DNA from: Fidelibacterota bacterium
GTDB taxonomy: Bacteria; Fidelibacterota; Fidelibacteria; Fidelibacterales; DSDE01
Length of the DNA stretch: 43,926 nt
NCBI GenBank assembly: GCA_046735395.1
Contig: JBJKQR010000051.1
Location: forward strand, 1-43,926
Reading direction: 5' to 3'
Position 1 is the stretch's first letter, and every line of letters starts with the position of its first letter. Position numbers and translations under genes: made by a program. Of this stretch, positions 8,774-19,089 are shown piece by piece. The notes beneath the pieces were generated by a model. The model ran no database searches, had not been told where the DNA came from, and saw only the letters and a program-made list of their open reading frames with translations.

Positions 8774-10298
8774 ACTGGAGGCGACAGCCTACTCCCATGC
8801 CCCGGCGGATCTCATCATCCGCAATGAATTTGATAAATTTCTGGATTTCAGAAAAGATCAGCGGACGAAGCGAACCCGCATTCTGGCTTATTCTGTCCTG
8901 TTTCTGACTCTGATTGCTCTCTTTACGGTCTTTGCTCCCAGACTGTACCGCCTCGCCGTTTCGCGCTTTGATTATTACCGTTCATCGCAGATCGAAAAAA
9001 CCCTGGGCCTCTTCGGCTATGAAATCAAGGCGTCCGCACTCAACAATCATCCGCTCGATAATATTTACGCCAGTTACTCTTTCGCTGACGACAGTGCAGC
9101 GGGACTTCCCGCCCTCTATGCCTACCTCATTCATCGCTGTAATACGGATTATTACGGAAAAACGCTGAAACTGTCGGAAGTTTCGGAAAAACGGCTCTAT
9201 GCCATGATGCGTCTCGGCAATTTCAACCGGAATGATCTCTGCGGCCTGGATCGTCCGTTTCAGGGTGATGACAGCCAGACTCTGCGTCAATGGCTCCTGG
9301 GCCGGGCGCTGTCACACGACAGGAATGCCGAATATTTCAATCCGAGAATCGCTGAACTCTGCGAAGCGCGGGACCTGTATTCAAAACAATTGAAACAGGA
9401 GCTGTCCCAGCCTTTTGATGAACATCAGATTCATACACTGCGACGACTCAGCGTGCGGGAAGATATTACACCGGATAATTCACAGCAAGTCATCCTCGGC
9501 GTTCTGAAATTCATTCATGAGGATCCGGGCATTCTCGAACATATTTATTACCTGAAGGATGAAATCGCACGAATCAAGAATGAGATAGATATCCGGCTGG
9601 GACTCATGAAACTGGCCATGGCATCCGAATTCGGTTTCCGGGGAAATTACCAGGTCTACGGCTGGATGATGGCAGATATGGCCGGCGGAGACATGCTGAA
9701 GAAAAACCAGCCTCTGGAGGGCCGTAAAGCACTCTACGATGGCTTGCGCGATCAGTACAAAACCTACAGTGATGCCTACAGTGACACACGCCGCCTCTAC
9801 TCGGACATCAACCTGGATTATTTCGATTATTCCATCGAGAATCCCATCCGTATCGGCCTGAAAGTCAAGGATGTGGGATTATTCGGTGTTCGGCGCAAAA
9901 CCGACGGCGGCACCCTGTACGAACATAAGGGAATCGATCTCATGGCAGATCGGGGCACGCCCGTCTTTCCGGTTCGCGAAGGATATGTGGTCAATGTGGA
10001 AAAGGATGCAGACGGCCACGGAAATTATGTGGTTGTCTGGCATGACAATACCCTGACCAGTTCCTACAGTCATCTGGATGATGATAAAACTTTTGAAGCC
10101 CTGCTGAAACAGTATACCGACGAGGGTGCATTCTGGGTCGGGCTGCAGAGCCGCATCGGTTCGGTGGGTACCAGCGGAAATATTCCCAGAGGCGATCCAC
10201 AGTACGGTTACTCCCATCTTCACCTGGAAATAAAGGAAAGCTCCATTTACAGGAACCCCTTCCTCATGCTGGCCGATAATATCGCCGTCATTCATTAA
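8745..10298 (+). CDS. Membrane-anchored M23 family metallopeptidase
   Basis: One N-terminal TM segment; C-terminal HKGIDL, GTPVF, GNYVVVWH, YSHL and HLHLEI. Confidence 0.85.
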   Translation: MSRKFTPHIELEATAYSHAPADLIIRNEFDKFLDFRKDQRTKRTRILAYSVLFLTLIALFTVFAPRLYRLAVSRFDYYRSSQIEKTLGLFGYEIKASALNNHPLDNIYASYSFADDSAAGLPALYAYLIHRCNTDYYGKTLKLSEVSEKRLYAMMRLGNFNRNDLCGLDRPFQGDDSQTLRQWLLGRALSHDRNAEYFNPRIAELCEARDLYSKQLKQELSQPFDEHQIHTLRRLSVREDITPDNSQQVILGVLKFIHEDPGILEHIYYLKDEIARIKNEIDIRLGLMKLAMASEFGFRGNYQVYGWMMADMAGGDMLKKNQPLEGRKALYDGLRDQYKTYSDAYSDTRRLYSDINLDYFDYSIENPIRIGLKVKDVGLFGVRRKTDGGTLYEHKGIDLMADRGTPVFPVREGYVVNVEKDADGHGNYVVVWHDNTLTSSYSHLDDDKTFEALLKQYTDEGAFWVGLQSRIGSVGTSGNIPRGDPQYGYSHLHLEIKESSIYRNPFLMLADNIAVIH

Positions 10299-10424
10299 TA
10301 ATTACTTCTCACGGTCTGATACCATTTATTATATCGGGAAAATTCAGCTTCACTCCCTTCCCGGCCTGAACCTGTACACTAAAATCCCATTTCCCGTAAA
10401 GGAAGAGTTTCGTAGATTTTGCAT

Positions 10425-11147
10425 ATGAAATGGGGCTTTCTGACAGGTTTACTGCTGACGTGCACGGTGTTGCAGGCCGGTGATATCATCCATGATTCGG
10501 ACGAACTGAAAATCGTAAATTCACAGCCCTATACGGGCAGCTGGACAGAAAGTTGGGAGAACGGCAGTGAAAAAGCACTGGGCTATTACCGGAAGGGCCT
10601 GAGAACAGGAGCCTGGACCTGGCATGACAACGCAGGACATCTGCTGGTCAGCGGATCCTATCGCCGGGGACTGCGTCACGGACGCTGGGCCTGGTACAGT
10701 CCGCAGGGGAAAATGGAAAAACTGCAGAATTACGTGTTCGGCGAACGGGACGGCGACTGGTATGAATTTTATGAAAACGGCCAGGCAAAGCTCCTCATCC
10801 GATATGACCTCAGCAGTGATTACCGCACCCATATCATGTGGTATCCGGACGGAACCCGTAAATATTATCAGATCTTTCATAAATCCCGGGAAAGCTACCT
10901 GCTGGAAAATGTTTCCACCGAATGGTACAGCAACGGCCGCAAGCGCTACGAGGGTTACTTCAATCAGGGCGAAGCGCTGGGCATGCAGCGCTGGTACTAT
11001 CCGAACGGAAATCTGATGATCAGCGGGTTTGCGGTCGGGGAACGGCTGCTGGGAGAATGGACGCGCTACAATGCGGACGGATCCGTTTCCGGCACCCGTA
11101 TAAACCCGGACAATGCCTGGGTCTACGAATGGATTCCCATGAATTGA
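10425..11147 (+). CDS. Exported MORN-variant repeat protein (YwqK-like)
   Basis: Signal peptide, then repeated GxWxxWYxNG motifs. Confidence 0.8.
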   Translation: MKWGFLTGLLLTCTVLQAGDIIHDSDELKIVNSQPYTGSWTESWENGSEKALGYYRKGLRTGAWTWHDNAGHLLVSGSYRRGLRHGRWAWYSPQGKMEKLQNYVFGERDGDWYEFYENGQAKLLIRYDLSSDYRTHIMWYPDGTRKYYQIFHKSRESYLLENVSTEWYSNGRKRYEGYFNQGEALGMQRWYYPNGNLMISGFAVGERLLGEWTRYNADGSVSGTRINPDNAWVYEWIPMN

Positions 11148-11153
11148 GCCTTC

Positions 11154-11939
11154 TCAGGACTTCGTGTCGTCCTGATGGGTCTCCCCGTTTTTGAATACAA
11201 GCATGAATTCGTTATCGAGATATTCTTCGTAACTCACATCCACGGCTTCACGGTATTTTTTCAGAATATTCGTGATCTGACTGAATGCGGCTTTAATATT
11301 TCCGAAAATCTGGTTTTCCTTTTCGGTCAGGCCATGGAGAGCCACACTCTCCTGAAGCATTTCCAGATTGGCCGAAATAACCATGAGAGGCTGATTCATT
11401 TCATGGTTTGTGGTAATACCCATGGCCAGCGCCGTATTTTTCCGCTCCAGCTCCACAATGGCATTCTGGGCGTCCTTCAGCTTCTTGTTGAGCTGAACCA
11501 GGGCTTTGTTCTGCAGAATCAGTTCCTGAGTGCGCAATTCCCGTTCCCGCTGAAAGATAAAATGATCGATTGCCTGATACAGAGCGGGAACCAGTTCGCC
11601 GCGACTGTTCCAGGGTTTGATGAGATAGCGGTAAATATTGCCTTCGGTGATAGCCGACAGAATGGTATCCGTGTCGGTGAGGGCGGTCAGAATGATTCGG
11701 ACAACGCCGGGATAGCTTTCCTTGACGCGCGCAATAAGTTCCATCCCGCTCACATCCGGCATCTTCAGATCACTGATCAGGACCGCGATGTCCTTTTTCT
11801 CAAGAACTTCAAAAGCCTGGCTGGCCGTATTGACATAATAGCAGTCGAAGGGCTCCTTGCGAAGATCCCGTTCAAGACTTTTCAGGATATTCGGTTCATC
11901 ATCGATAAACAGAACGCTGTAATGACTGTAATCCGTCAC
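11154..11939 (-). CDS. Response regulator with a C-terminal HisKA-like segment and no HATPase
   Basis: FIDDE, ISDLKMP, KPW; coiled coil; TTNHEMNQPL. The GTG start overlaps the upstream TGA. Confidence 0.85.
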   Translation of the reverse strand: MTDYSHYSVLFIDDEPNILKSLERDLRKEPFDCYYVNTASQAFEVLEKKDIAVLISDLKMPDVSGMELIARVKESYPGVVRIILTALTDTDTILSAITEGNIYRYLIKPWNSRGELVPALYQAIDHFIFQRERELRTQELILQNKALVQLNKKLKDAQNAIVELERKNTALAMGITTNHEMNQPLMVISANLEMLQESVALHGLTEKENQIFGNIKAAFSQITNILKKYREAVDVSYEEYLDNEFMLVFKNGETHQDDTKS

Positions 11940-13144
11940 TTTTCCGCATCCAGCAGACAAAAATACAATTGTTCCAATTCATGGGGAGGCAGATCATCAT
12001 ACATGAAATTGAAGATATCCTCCAAATTCTTCAGGCGGCCGCTGTCAAAGGATGTAATAAATTCATTGACGAAGCGAAGGGCATACATGAACTGATTCAT
12101 ATATGCGGCTGATTTATCCGGTGTGTGATGATTCAGCGCCATTTCGACGTTGATCTCCGGGAAATTCCAATGATCCAGAAAGAAGCCGCCGATATCCGCG
12201 TGAGTACAGCCGTCGAAACCCATTTCATGTTCTGCCGCATACCAGTCTGTCTTTCCCTGACGTTCCAGATATTTCTTGATCTGGAAATACCTGTCGGGGA
12301 AATACTGCAGCAGAACGATTTTACCGATATCATGCAGCACACCGGCAGAGCTGTAATTATTATTGATCTGCTCATTATACTTCAGCTGATAAAAGCGGCT
12401 GAGGTAGCGGTTCACCCGGATGCTGTGCTGAAACAGGTCCTGCAGTTCGGTCAGCTGGACGGCGGTCCATTTCATCTGATTGATAACGGATACGGTAAAG
12501 ACGATATCCTTTACATATTTCAGCCCGAGATGAAGGATTCCCTGTTTCAGATTGCTGATCTCAATACTTCCGTAATAGGCGGAATTGGCAATGCGCAGCA
12601 CTTCCGTAGTCAGGGATGCATCACGGTGCAGCAGAGCTGAAATTTCCTTGATGGACGCGTCATTATTGTAGGCTTCCATGAATTCCATGTAGATATTGGG
12701 AAGAGCCGGCAGGGATCCGATATTCTGTATCACTTCCACCAATTCCTTGCGTCGAAGCAGTTTCCGGTTCTGCATGATATGTTCGATGCGATTCAGCAGA
12801 ACTTCCCGGTTCCAGGGTTTGGAAATAAAAGCACTGGCTGTTCCATTTGTGATGGCCTTGATCACTTCCGGTTTTTCCACGATTCCGCTGATGAGAATAC
12901 GATGAATGTCCGGATGGGATATGCGGAACTTTTTCAGGGTTTCTATCCCGTCAATCCGCTGCATCTTCAGGTCGGACATCACAATATCAATCGGATGATC
13001 CTCAACAACCTTCACTGCTTCATCATAATTCTTTGCGGTATGGATTTCGATATTCGTACGGAAAAAATCCCGGCGAAAGAGGTGGAGAATACTTTCCTCA
13101 TCATCAACGACGAGTACATGTCCTATAATCTTTGATTCACCCAC
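11936..13144 (-). CDS. REC-HDOD domain response regulator
   Basis: VVDDE, MSDLKM, KPW; LPALP, VLRIANSAYYG, VLHDIGKIVL and HADIG...HWNFP. Confidence 0.9.
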   Translation of the reverse strand: MGESKIIGHVLVVDDEESILHLFRRDFFRTNIEIHTAKNYDEAVKVVEDHPIDIVMSDLKMQRIDGIETLKKFRISHPDIHRILISGIVEKPEVIKAITNGTASAFISKPWNREVLLNRIEHIMQNRKLLRRKELVEVIQNIGSLPALPNIYMEFMEAYNNDASIKEISALLHRDASLTTEVLRIANSAYYGSIEISNLKQGILHLGLKYVKDIVFTVSVINQMKWTAVQLTELQDLFQHSIRVNRYLSRFYQLKYNEQINNNYSSAGVLHDIGKIVLLQYFPDRYFQIKKYLERQGKTDWYAAEHEMGFDGCTHADIGGFFLDHWNFPEINVEMALNHHTPDKSAAYMNQFMYALRFVNEFITSFDSGRLKNLEDIFNFMYDDLPPHELEQLYFCLLDAEK

Positions 13145-13150
13145 GTATTT

Positions 13151-14116
13151 TCAGACCTTTCTGTTTTCTTCATGATAGGTGACGGGAAGCTCGATAAAAA
13201 AACTGGTGCCCTCCCCGACCTGACTTTCCACCCAGATTCTGCCATTATGGCGGTTGACCACAATATCGTAGCTGATGGACAACCCCAATCCCGTACCTTT
13301 TCCGGTTTCCTTGGTGGTAAAGAAGGGATCGAATATTTGCGTGATGAGGTTCTTTGATATTCCCGGCCCCGTATCACTGATAACAATCTGAATCGTGTCC
13401 CCCAGATTTCGGGTAATAAGGGTAATCAGACCCTTGCCTTCGTTTTTCAGATCAGCAATGGCCTGACTGGCATTTATAATGATGTTCAGCAGCACCTGGC
13501 TGATTTCATTTTTTATACATTCTATTTCCGGAAGGTTGCCGTCATAGTCCCGTTCCACATCAGCCACATATTTTATCTTGTTCCAGACCACATTCAGGGT
13601 ACTGTCCAGACTGTCGTTCACATTCATCGACTGAACCGTACTCTGGGGTTCAAATCTGGAAAATTCACTGAGGCTGGAAATAATGGTCTGAATGCGGCTG
13701 AATCCTTCCGCACTTTCGCTACGGATGTCCTCAATATCGCTGTATATGAATTCCATACTGGAATCGGCCTTGTATTGATTCAGTTCGCGGCGGCAGTTTT
13801 CCATATCGTCCAGTGAGTTTATACCGGATTTGAAGAGGCCATTCTCCAGCAGGCTGATATATGATTTCATGTCATCCACATAGCGAAGGAGGGCTGAAAA
13901 ATTACCGGAGACAAAGGCAAGCGGATTATTGATTTCGTGCGCGATACCGGCCGACAGCTGTCCGATGGAAATGAGTTTTTCCTTGTGAAACAGCTCATTT
14001 TTAGCTTTTCGAAGCGCCTCAATCTCCTTGCGGCACACCTCCAGCTGTGCTTCCAGCTCTTCCCTGTCCAGTACTTTATGGCGGATGTGTTCCTCTATCT
14101 CTGCCCCCTTTGCCAC
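13151..14116 (-). CDS. Cytoplasmic histidine kinase without a recognisable sensor domain
   Basis: IGQLSAGIAHEINNPL, NIIINASQA, DTGPGI and FDPFFTTKETGKGTGLGLSI. Confidence 0.9.
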   Translation of the reverse strand: MAKGAEIEEHIRHKVLDREELEAQLEVCRKEIEALRKAKNELFHKEKLISIGQLSAGIAHEINNPLAFVSGNFSALLRYVDDMKSYISLLENGLFKSGINSLDDMENCRRELNQYKADSSMEFIYSDIEDIRSESAEGFSRIQTIISSLSEFSRFEPQSTVQSMNVNDSLDSTLNVVWNKIKYVADVERDYDGNLPEIECIKNEISQVLLNIIINASQAIADLKNEGKGLITLITRNLGDTIQIVISDTGPGISKNLITQIFDPFFTTKETGKGTGLGLSISYDIVVNRHNGRIWVESQVGEGTSFFIELPVTYHEENRKV

Positions 14117-14465
14117 CCAATTCCAAATGGAATTGTTTAAACATAGGAAATATTTTTTTCTTATTAAAGCACTATATAATTTATAAAAGTGCGTGGCGTC
14201 ACAAAGACTTATTACGAAATTTATTGCTGTAAAAAGGAACGAAACACTTTACCGGAACAGGCTGCATTACTCCGGAAAACCTCACAGAAGAAATGGATTT
14301 ACCTGAACAGCTGACATTCCTGACAGGAGACAAAGGCTTTTTTTCCTTTTCAGAAAATGGAAAATCAAGTAAATTCAGCGCAATGGATTTTAGCTTAAAC
14401 AAGAACATTGCGAAGTCAGATGTCTGCCCCTCTAACATTTCATGGAAACAGTTTGGAGTGAAGAC

Positions 14466-15860
14466 ATGCATCTGAACCGATATAATAAAATCGTTCTTCC
14501 TCTCTTTTTTCTCATGGATCTCTGTATGTTATCCATCATCTATTTTTCTGTGTACTATACCTACTACCATGAATTCACTAAATTTTTTACGCAGCGCTAT
14601 CACATCACCCTCTACGTGGCTCTCATCGCCTGGGCCTATCTGAGTATAGAATTTGAAATCTTCAAGGTTGAACGCAGAATCGCCATGCGCGGTGCACTCC
14701 TGCGTCTATCCTCAGCATACGGCTTTTTCGTTGCCGTGTATTTCGGATTTATCGTCCTCATGAAGCTTCATGGACAGAGCCGTCTTATTTCCATGGCTTT
14801 TCTCATCCTTTTCTATCTGGCCATAAATGCTATTGTCATATTCCGTTATCTGTATATTTTTTATTATCGATCGCAGGGCGGAAATACGCTTTCGAGCATC
14901 CTGTTTGTTCCGGAGAACCGAAGCAGTTTCAGGCTTGAGGATCACAGGAATGATTTTATTCGGCTCGGGTATTCCGTAAACAGTGTTTTCGGCATCACGG
15001 ATGGCATGACAGCATCGGAAGTCTACCAAAAGATACGGGATGAAAATTTCGAGATGGCATTCATCGTGGATCCCAGCAAACTTCCCATTGATGTAGATGA
15101 ACTGGTGGATATCTGCGATAATCTGGGGATACGTGTCCGGCTCATGCCCGGCTATCTGGCAAAAATCGGTAAACGGATGGGGCTGGATTATATCGACGGA
15201 TATCCGCTCATGGAAGTGAGAAATGAACCCCTACTCTACCTGGCCAATCGTTTTGTAAAACGGCTGGTTGATCTGGTCATTTCCCTGCTTGTCGTCGGAT
15301 TCATTCTGTCCTGGCTCACCGTGCTCATCTGGATTATACAGCGCTTCAGCGGACCCGGACCGGTTTTCTTTCTACAGTACCGTATCGGCAGAGACGGCAA
15401 GGTATTCACGATTTTCAAATACCGGACCATGGTCTGGACGCCGCAGAATGCCCGTCCCTCCTACAAAGGTAAGGATGCCATTACCAGCAAGGATGACCCG
15501 CGGATTACCCGGCTGGGAAAATTTCTCCGTTCTACAAATCTGGATGAACTGCCCCAGTTTCTCAATGTTCTGTGGGGCGATATGAGTATTGTAGGACCCC
15601 GTCCTCATATGAATGCAGAAGATGAGCGTCTGGCCGAAATGGTGAAAAAATATCCGGTACGGCGTTTTGTAAAACCCGGCATAACAGGCTGGGCTCAGAT
15701 ACACGGCTTCCGTGGCGGCACCGAAGACCTGGGAAAAATGACCAAACGCACCGAGTACGATATCTATTATCTGGAAAACTGGTCCCTGATGCTGGATATG
15801 CGAATCATTACAACCACTACCTGGCAGATGCTGACTTTCAATATCCCCAATGCCTACTGA
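14466..15860 (+). CDS. Undecaprenyl-phosphate glycosylphosphotransferase (WcaJ/WbaP-like)
   Basis: Four N-terminal TMs, then [40 protein letters not shown] and [13 protein letters not shown] precedes ATG 14466. Confidence 0.92.
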   Translation: MHLNRYNKIVLPLFFLMDLCMLSIIYFSVYYTYYHEFTKFFTQRYHITLYVALIAWAYLSIEFEIFKVERRIAMRGALLRLSSAYGFFVAVYFGFIVLMKLHGQSRLISMAFLILFYLAINAIVIFRYLYIFYYRSQGGNTLSSILFVPENRSSFRLEDHRNDFIRLGYSVNSVFGITDGMTASEVYQKIRDENFEMAFIVDPSKLPIDVDELVDICDNLGIRVRLMPGYLAKIGKRMGLDYIDGYPLMEVRNEPLLYLANRFVKRLVDLVISLLVVGFILSWLTVLIWIIQRFSGPGPVFFLQYRIGRDGKVFTIFKYRTMVWTPQNARPSYKGKDAITSKDDPRITRLGKFLRSTNLDELPQFLNVLWGDMSIVGPRPHMNAEDERLAEMVKKYPVRRFVKPGITGWAQIHGFRGGTEDLGKMTKRTEYDIYYLENWSLMLDMRIITTTTWQMLTFNIPNAY

Positions 15861-15905
15861 TTGGGCCAAGGGACTCAAATAACGAATATTTATACGGGAT
15901 CACAG

Positions 15906-17321
15906 TTGAAGAAAATATTCATATATCTGCTTCTGGCATTTTCCCTGCTTCAGGCAGAATCCCTCCGAATCCGGCCGCTGGGTTACGCCGAATATTACAG
16001 CAAAGGCGGGGATCTGTCGCTCGAGGAAGATCCGGTGATTCGTGCGGGCTGGGGCATTTCTCTCGCTTATGCCAGGCAGAAGCTCACATTAAATGCAGAT
16101 TTCAGTAATAACGAATTCTTTGGAATTTCTGCAAAACCATCCGTTTTTTCCCGTTCCCAAGGCATTCCCGGTAAATGGGCCGGCCTGGGAAGCGGTAAGA
16201 CCTTCACCTATGATCTGTCCCATCTGAAAATCCGTTACGGCCGTGATGATCTCTTCTTCTACGCCGGAAAATTTGACCGGAACTGGGGCGAAAGTTCCTC
16301 ATCTCTTGTTTTATCCGATAATTCCCCCGCATTCATGCAATTCGGGTTTGTATGGAAAATGCCGGCTCATCTCCGCTATGAGTACATGCACGGAAAACTG
16401 CGGTCCCTGGTCGGCGACAGCCTCAGAGCCTCGATGTATGATCAGGTCGGATCCCGTGTTCCGGATGTTGACCGCTATTTCGTTGCTCACCATCTGACCT
16501 GGCAGCCGCTGCGCCAGCTCAGTCTTACCGGCGGAGAAGCGCTGGTTTATGCAGATCGCCCGATAGATCTCAACTATCTTATTCCCTTTGTCTCTCTGTG
16601 GTCAATGGAGCATTTTGTCGGCGATCTGGATGATGTCATTCTGTTTGCTGAGCTTGCCTGGGCCCCTTTCGGAAAGGCGGAATTCCACGATCAGTCTCAG
16701 ACTAAGAGCTTAGAAAAAAATGCAGGTACAGCGTTTTCACCCGAATTTTACGCTACTTTTCTCATGGATGAATGGACTCCGAGCCTGACTTTTAAAAAAG
16801 CCAACAGGAACTGGTTCGGATATCAGGGAGGAGTACGGGCAGATAACGTGTTAATGACTCATGATTTCCTGCGTCTGGAAGTAAGTTACACGGATTATCG
16901 CATTTACCGGCACCGCTGGTCTATCAATGATTTCTATAATCATGGCTATCCGGTGGGATTCTGGGCAGGCCCTCACGCTCTGGAATTCTTTACGGAATAC
17001 CGCACACATATCGGAAATACGCTACTCGAAATGAAATGGTCCGATGCCCGGAGAGGCGCTCTGACAGCCCAGATGCTGGCGGATCAGTATGTGACCATTC
17101 CCTATGAGCAGTTCAGCGGTATTACGGAACATAAACATCTTTTTGAAACCCGGATAACCCGGGCGCTGAGGAAAAATCTGAAAATGAGCATCGGAATTGA
17201 TATTCTGAACTGGGATAATGCAGATTTCAATCCGGCCATTCCCCTGCCGGCCGATCAGGAAAACCGATACAAAGATATTAAACGGACAAGTATTTTTACC
17301 GCATTCTATTATAATCTTTAA
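15906..17321 (+). CDS. Capsule assembly Wzi-family outer membrane protein
   Basis: Signal peptide from TTG 15906, GKFDRNWG...SLVLSDNSP, GYPVGFWAGPHA and an aromatic beta-barrel-type C-terminus; next to a sugar transferase. Confidence 0.7.
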   Translation: MKKIFIYLLLAFSLLQAESLRIRPLGYAEYYSKGGDLSLEEDPVIRAGWGISLAYARQKLTLNADFSNNEFFGISAKPSVFSRSQGIPGKWAGLGSGKTFTYDLSHLKIRYGRDDLFFYAGKFDRNWGESSSSLVLSDNSPAFMQFGFVWKMPAHLRYEYMHGKLRSLVGDSLRASMYDQVGSRVPDVDRYFVAHHLTWQPLRQLSLTGGEALVYADRPIDLNYLIPFVSLWSMEHFVGDLDDVILFAELAWAPFGKAEFHDQSQTKSLEKNAGTAFSPEFYATFLMDEWTPSLTFKKANRNWFGYQGGVRADNVLMTHDFLRLEVSYTDYRIYRHRWSINDFYNHGYPVGFWAGPHALEFFTEYRTHIGNTLLEMKWSDARRGALTAQMLADQYVTIPYEQFSGITEHKHLFETRITRALRKNLKMSIGIDILNWDNADFNPAIPLPADQENRYKDIKRTSIFTAFYYNL

Positions 17322-17338
17322 TTAATACTCCGTGCAGA

Positions 17339-17596
17339 TCACAGGACGCGCAGAATCTCCGGATGAGTGCCCAGCGTCTCGTACAGACTGTTTCGATGCT
17401 GTTCATCCACTACGGTCATCACAAGTGTATAACTGACGAAATTTGACTTTTTGCTTTCATTGCTGAATTGCAGCTCATGGGGCTGCAGATCAAGAATTTT
17501 TTTGACAATGGGTTCAATCACTGTTTCGCTGCGGCAGATAAGCTTGAATTTCCATTGGGTTGGGTAGCGGATATCCGCCTTGCCTTCAAGTTTCAT
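17339..17596 (-). CDS. DUF493/YbeD family protein
   Basis: IRYPTQWKFKLI...SKKSNFVSY...LYETL...RVL pattern, 85 aa. Confidence 0.8.
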   Translation of the reverse strand: MKLEGKADIRYPTQWKFKLICRSETVIEPIVKKILDLQPHELQFSNESKKSNFVSYTLVMTVVDEQHRNSLYETLGTHPEILRVL

Positions 17597-17760
17597 ATTC
17601 GTTTCTCCATGGGAAAATTACGGAAGCCGGCTGATGAAATCAATCAGAATGCCCCCGTGAACGCAGGTAAGCACATTTGTACAAAATTCATACATATTCC
17701 GGCTTTACTCTTTTATCAATATTCGTTAGCTTTGCGAACATACAAAGTAAGGAGGTTGTC

Positions 17761-18456
17761 TTGATTAATGCAATCTGGCTGTATATGATTATTATTGGAG
17801 TTGGTGTAGCGTCTTTCCGGAGTCTGGGACTCGGCTGGGAAGCAGGCGTCGGACTCCTTTTCGATCCCAGTTTTGAGCCCTTGCGGGAGCTGACGAAGGC
17901 CGTCTGGGACGGAGCCGAATTTGCCGTTACCCTGGCCATCGGCCTGGTGGGTATCATGGCACTGTGGCTGGGAATTATGAAAATTGCCGAGGAAAGCGGC
18001 CTGGTAAAGGCTCTCGGCCGTGCTCTGAAACCCGTGATGGTCTGGTTGTTTCCGGAGATTCCCGTTGAACATCCGGCCATGGGTGCCATCATCATGGCCA
18101 TTGCAGCCTCGATGTTCGGACTGGGAAATGCCGCCACGCCTCTGGGACTGAAGGCCATGGCGGAAATGCAGAAGCTCAACAAATATAAAAAAGTCGCCAC
18201 GGATGCCATGTGTACCTATATGGCCATGTCCACCTCCAGTGTGACCATCATCCCGGCAACGATCATCGGTATCCGGGCCGCGGCGAATTCGTCAAATCCC
18301 TCCGAAATTATCGGGCCGGTTGTTCTCGCCACAGGCGTATCCACATCTGTCGCCCTGATTGCCAGCAAACTCCTGCAGAAACTTCCGCGCTTCCAGGTTG
18401 CCCGCTTTCTCGAACCCGGTGAAACCCTCGAACTCGAAGCAAAGGGAGAAGAATAA
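17761..18456 (+). CDS. spmA: Spore maturation protein A-like nucleoside-recognition (Gate) membrane protein
   Basis: LWLGIMKIAEESGL, LFPEIP..HPA and GLGNAATPLGLKAM. GGAGG precedes TTG 17761. Confidence 0.88.
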   Translation: MINAIWLYMIIIGVGVASFRSLGLGWEAGVGLLFDPSFEPLRELTKAVWDGAEFAVTLAIGLVGIMALWLGIMKIAEESGLVKALGRALKPVMVWLFPEIPVEHPAMGAIIMAIAASMFGLGNAATPLGLKAMAEMQKLNKYKKVATDAMCTYMAMSTSSVTIIPATIIGIRAAANSSNPSEIIGPVVLATGVSTSVALIASKLLQKLPRFQVARFLEPGETLELEAKGEE

Positions 18457-18992
18457 TGTTCAGAGTCATTGTTGACGGTATATCCGTTCTCGCCATTCCC
18501 CTCATTCTGGTGCTGATTCCTCTCTATGCATACAGAAAGGGTGTAAAAATTTATGAAGTCTTTGCCGAAGGCGCCAAGGAAGGCTTTGATGTGGCGCTTC
18601 GCATCATCCCCTTTCTCGTTGCCATTTTTCTGGCCATATCCATTTTCCGCTCCAGCGGCGCCATGGATATTCTCACCAAGATCCTCTCCCCCATTACCAA
18701 ATTCATCGGAATGCCCGGTGAAGTCCTGCCTCTGGCTTTCATGAGGCCCCTGTCCGGCAGCGGTGCACTGGGCATCGTGTCCGAGCTTGTGGGGACCTAC
18801 GGGCCGGATTCACTGATCGGACGGATGGCATCGGTCATGATGGGATCCACGGAGACGACCTTCTATATTCTGGCCGTCTATTTCGGTTCCATCTCCATCT
18901 CCCAGACACGTCATGCCCTGCCGGCCGCACTTCTCGCCGACCTCGCAGGCATGATATCCTCCGTGATCATCGTTCATCTGGTATTCTATTGA
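18456..18992 (+). CDS. spmB: Spore maturation protein B-like membrane protein
   Basis: FAEGAKEGF, MRPLSGSGA and MGSTETTFYILAVYFG; coupled to spmA by TAATG. Confidence 0.9.
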   Translation: MFRVIVDGISVLAIPLILVLIPLYAYRKGVKIYEVFAEGAKEGFDVALRIIPFLVAIFLAISIFRSSGAMDILTKILSPITKFIGMPGEVLPLAFMRPLSGSGALGIVSELVGTYGPDSLIGRMASVMMGSTETTFYILAVYFGSISISQTRHALPAALLADLAGMISSVIIVHLVFY

Positions 18993-19046
18993 GAGTGGGA
19001 ATATAAACAATCTTCAGCTGCTGCAGCGGCTGATTTGAACTATTTG

Positions 19047-19075
19047 AAACCGGCGCCCATAACGCCGGTTTTTTT
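19047..19075 (+). terminator. Intrinsic terminator
   Basis: AAACCGGCG-CCCATAA-CGCCGGTTTTTTT. Confidence 0.8.
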
Positions 19076-19089
19076 ATACCTGTATTAAA

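Noticed and set aside
11175..12095. 306-aa plus-strand ORF
   Set aside because: Antisense to two well-supported regulators.
17761..18992. spmAB as evidence of sporulation
   Set aside because: SpmA/B homologues are widespread in non-sporulating bacteria, and no other spore genes are present.
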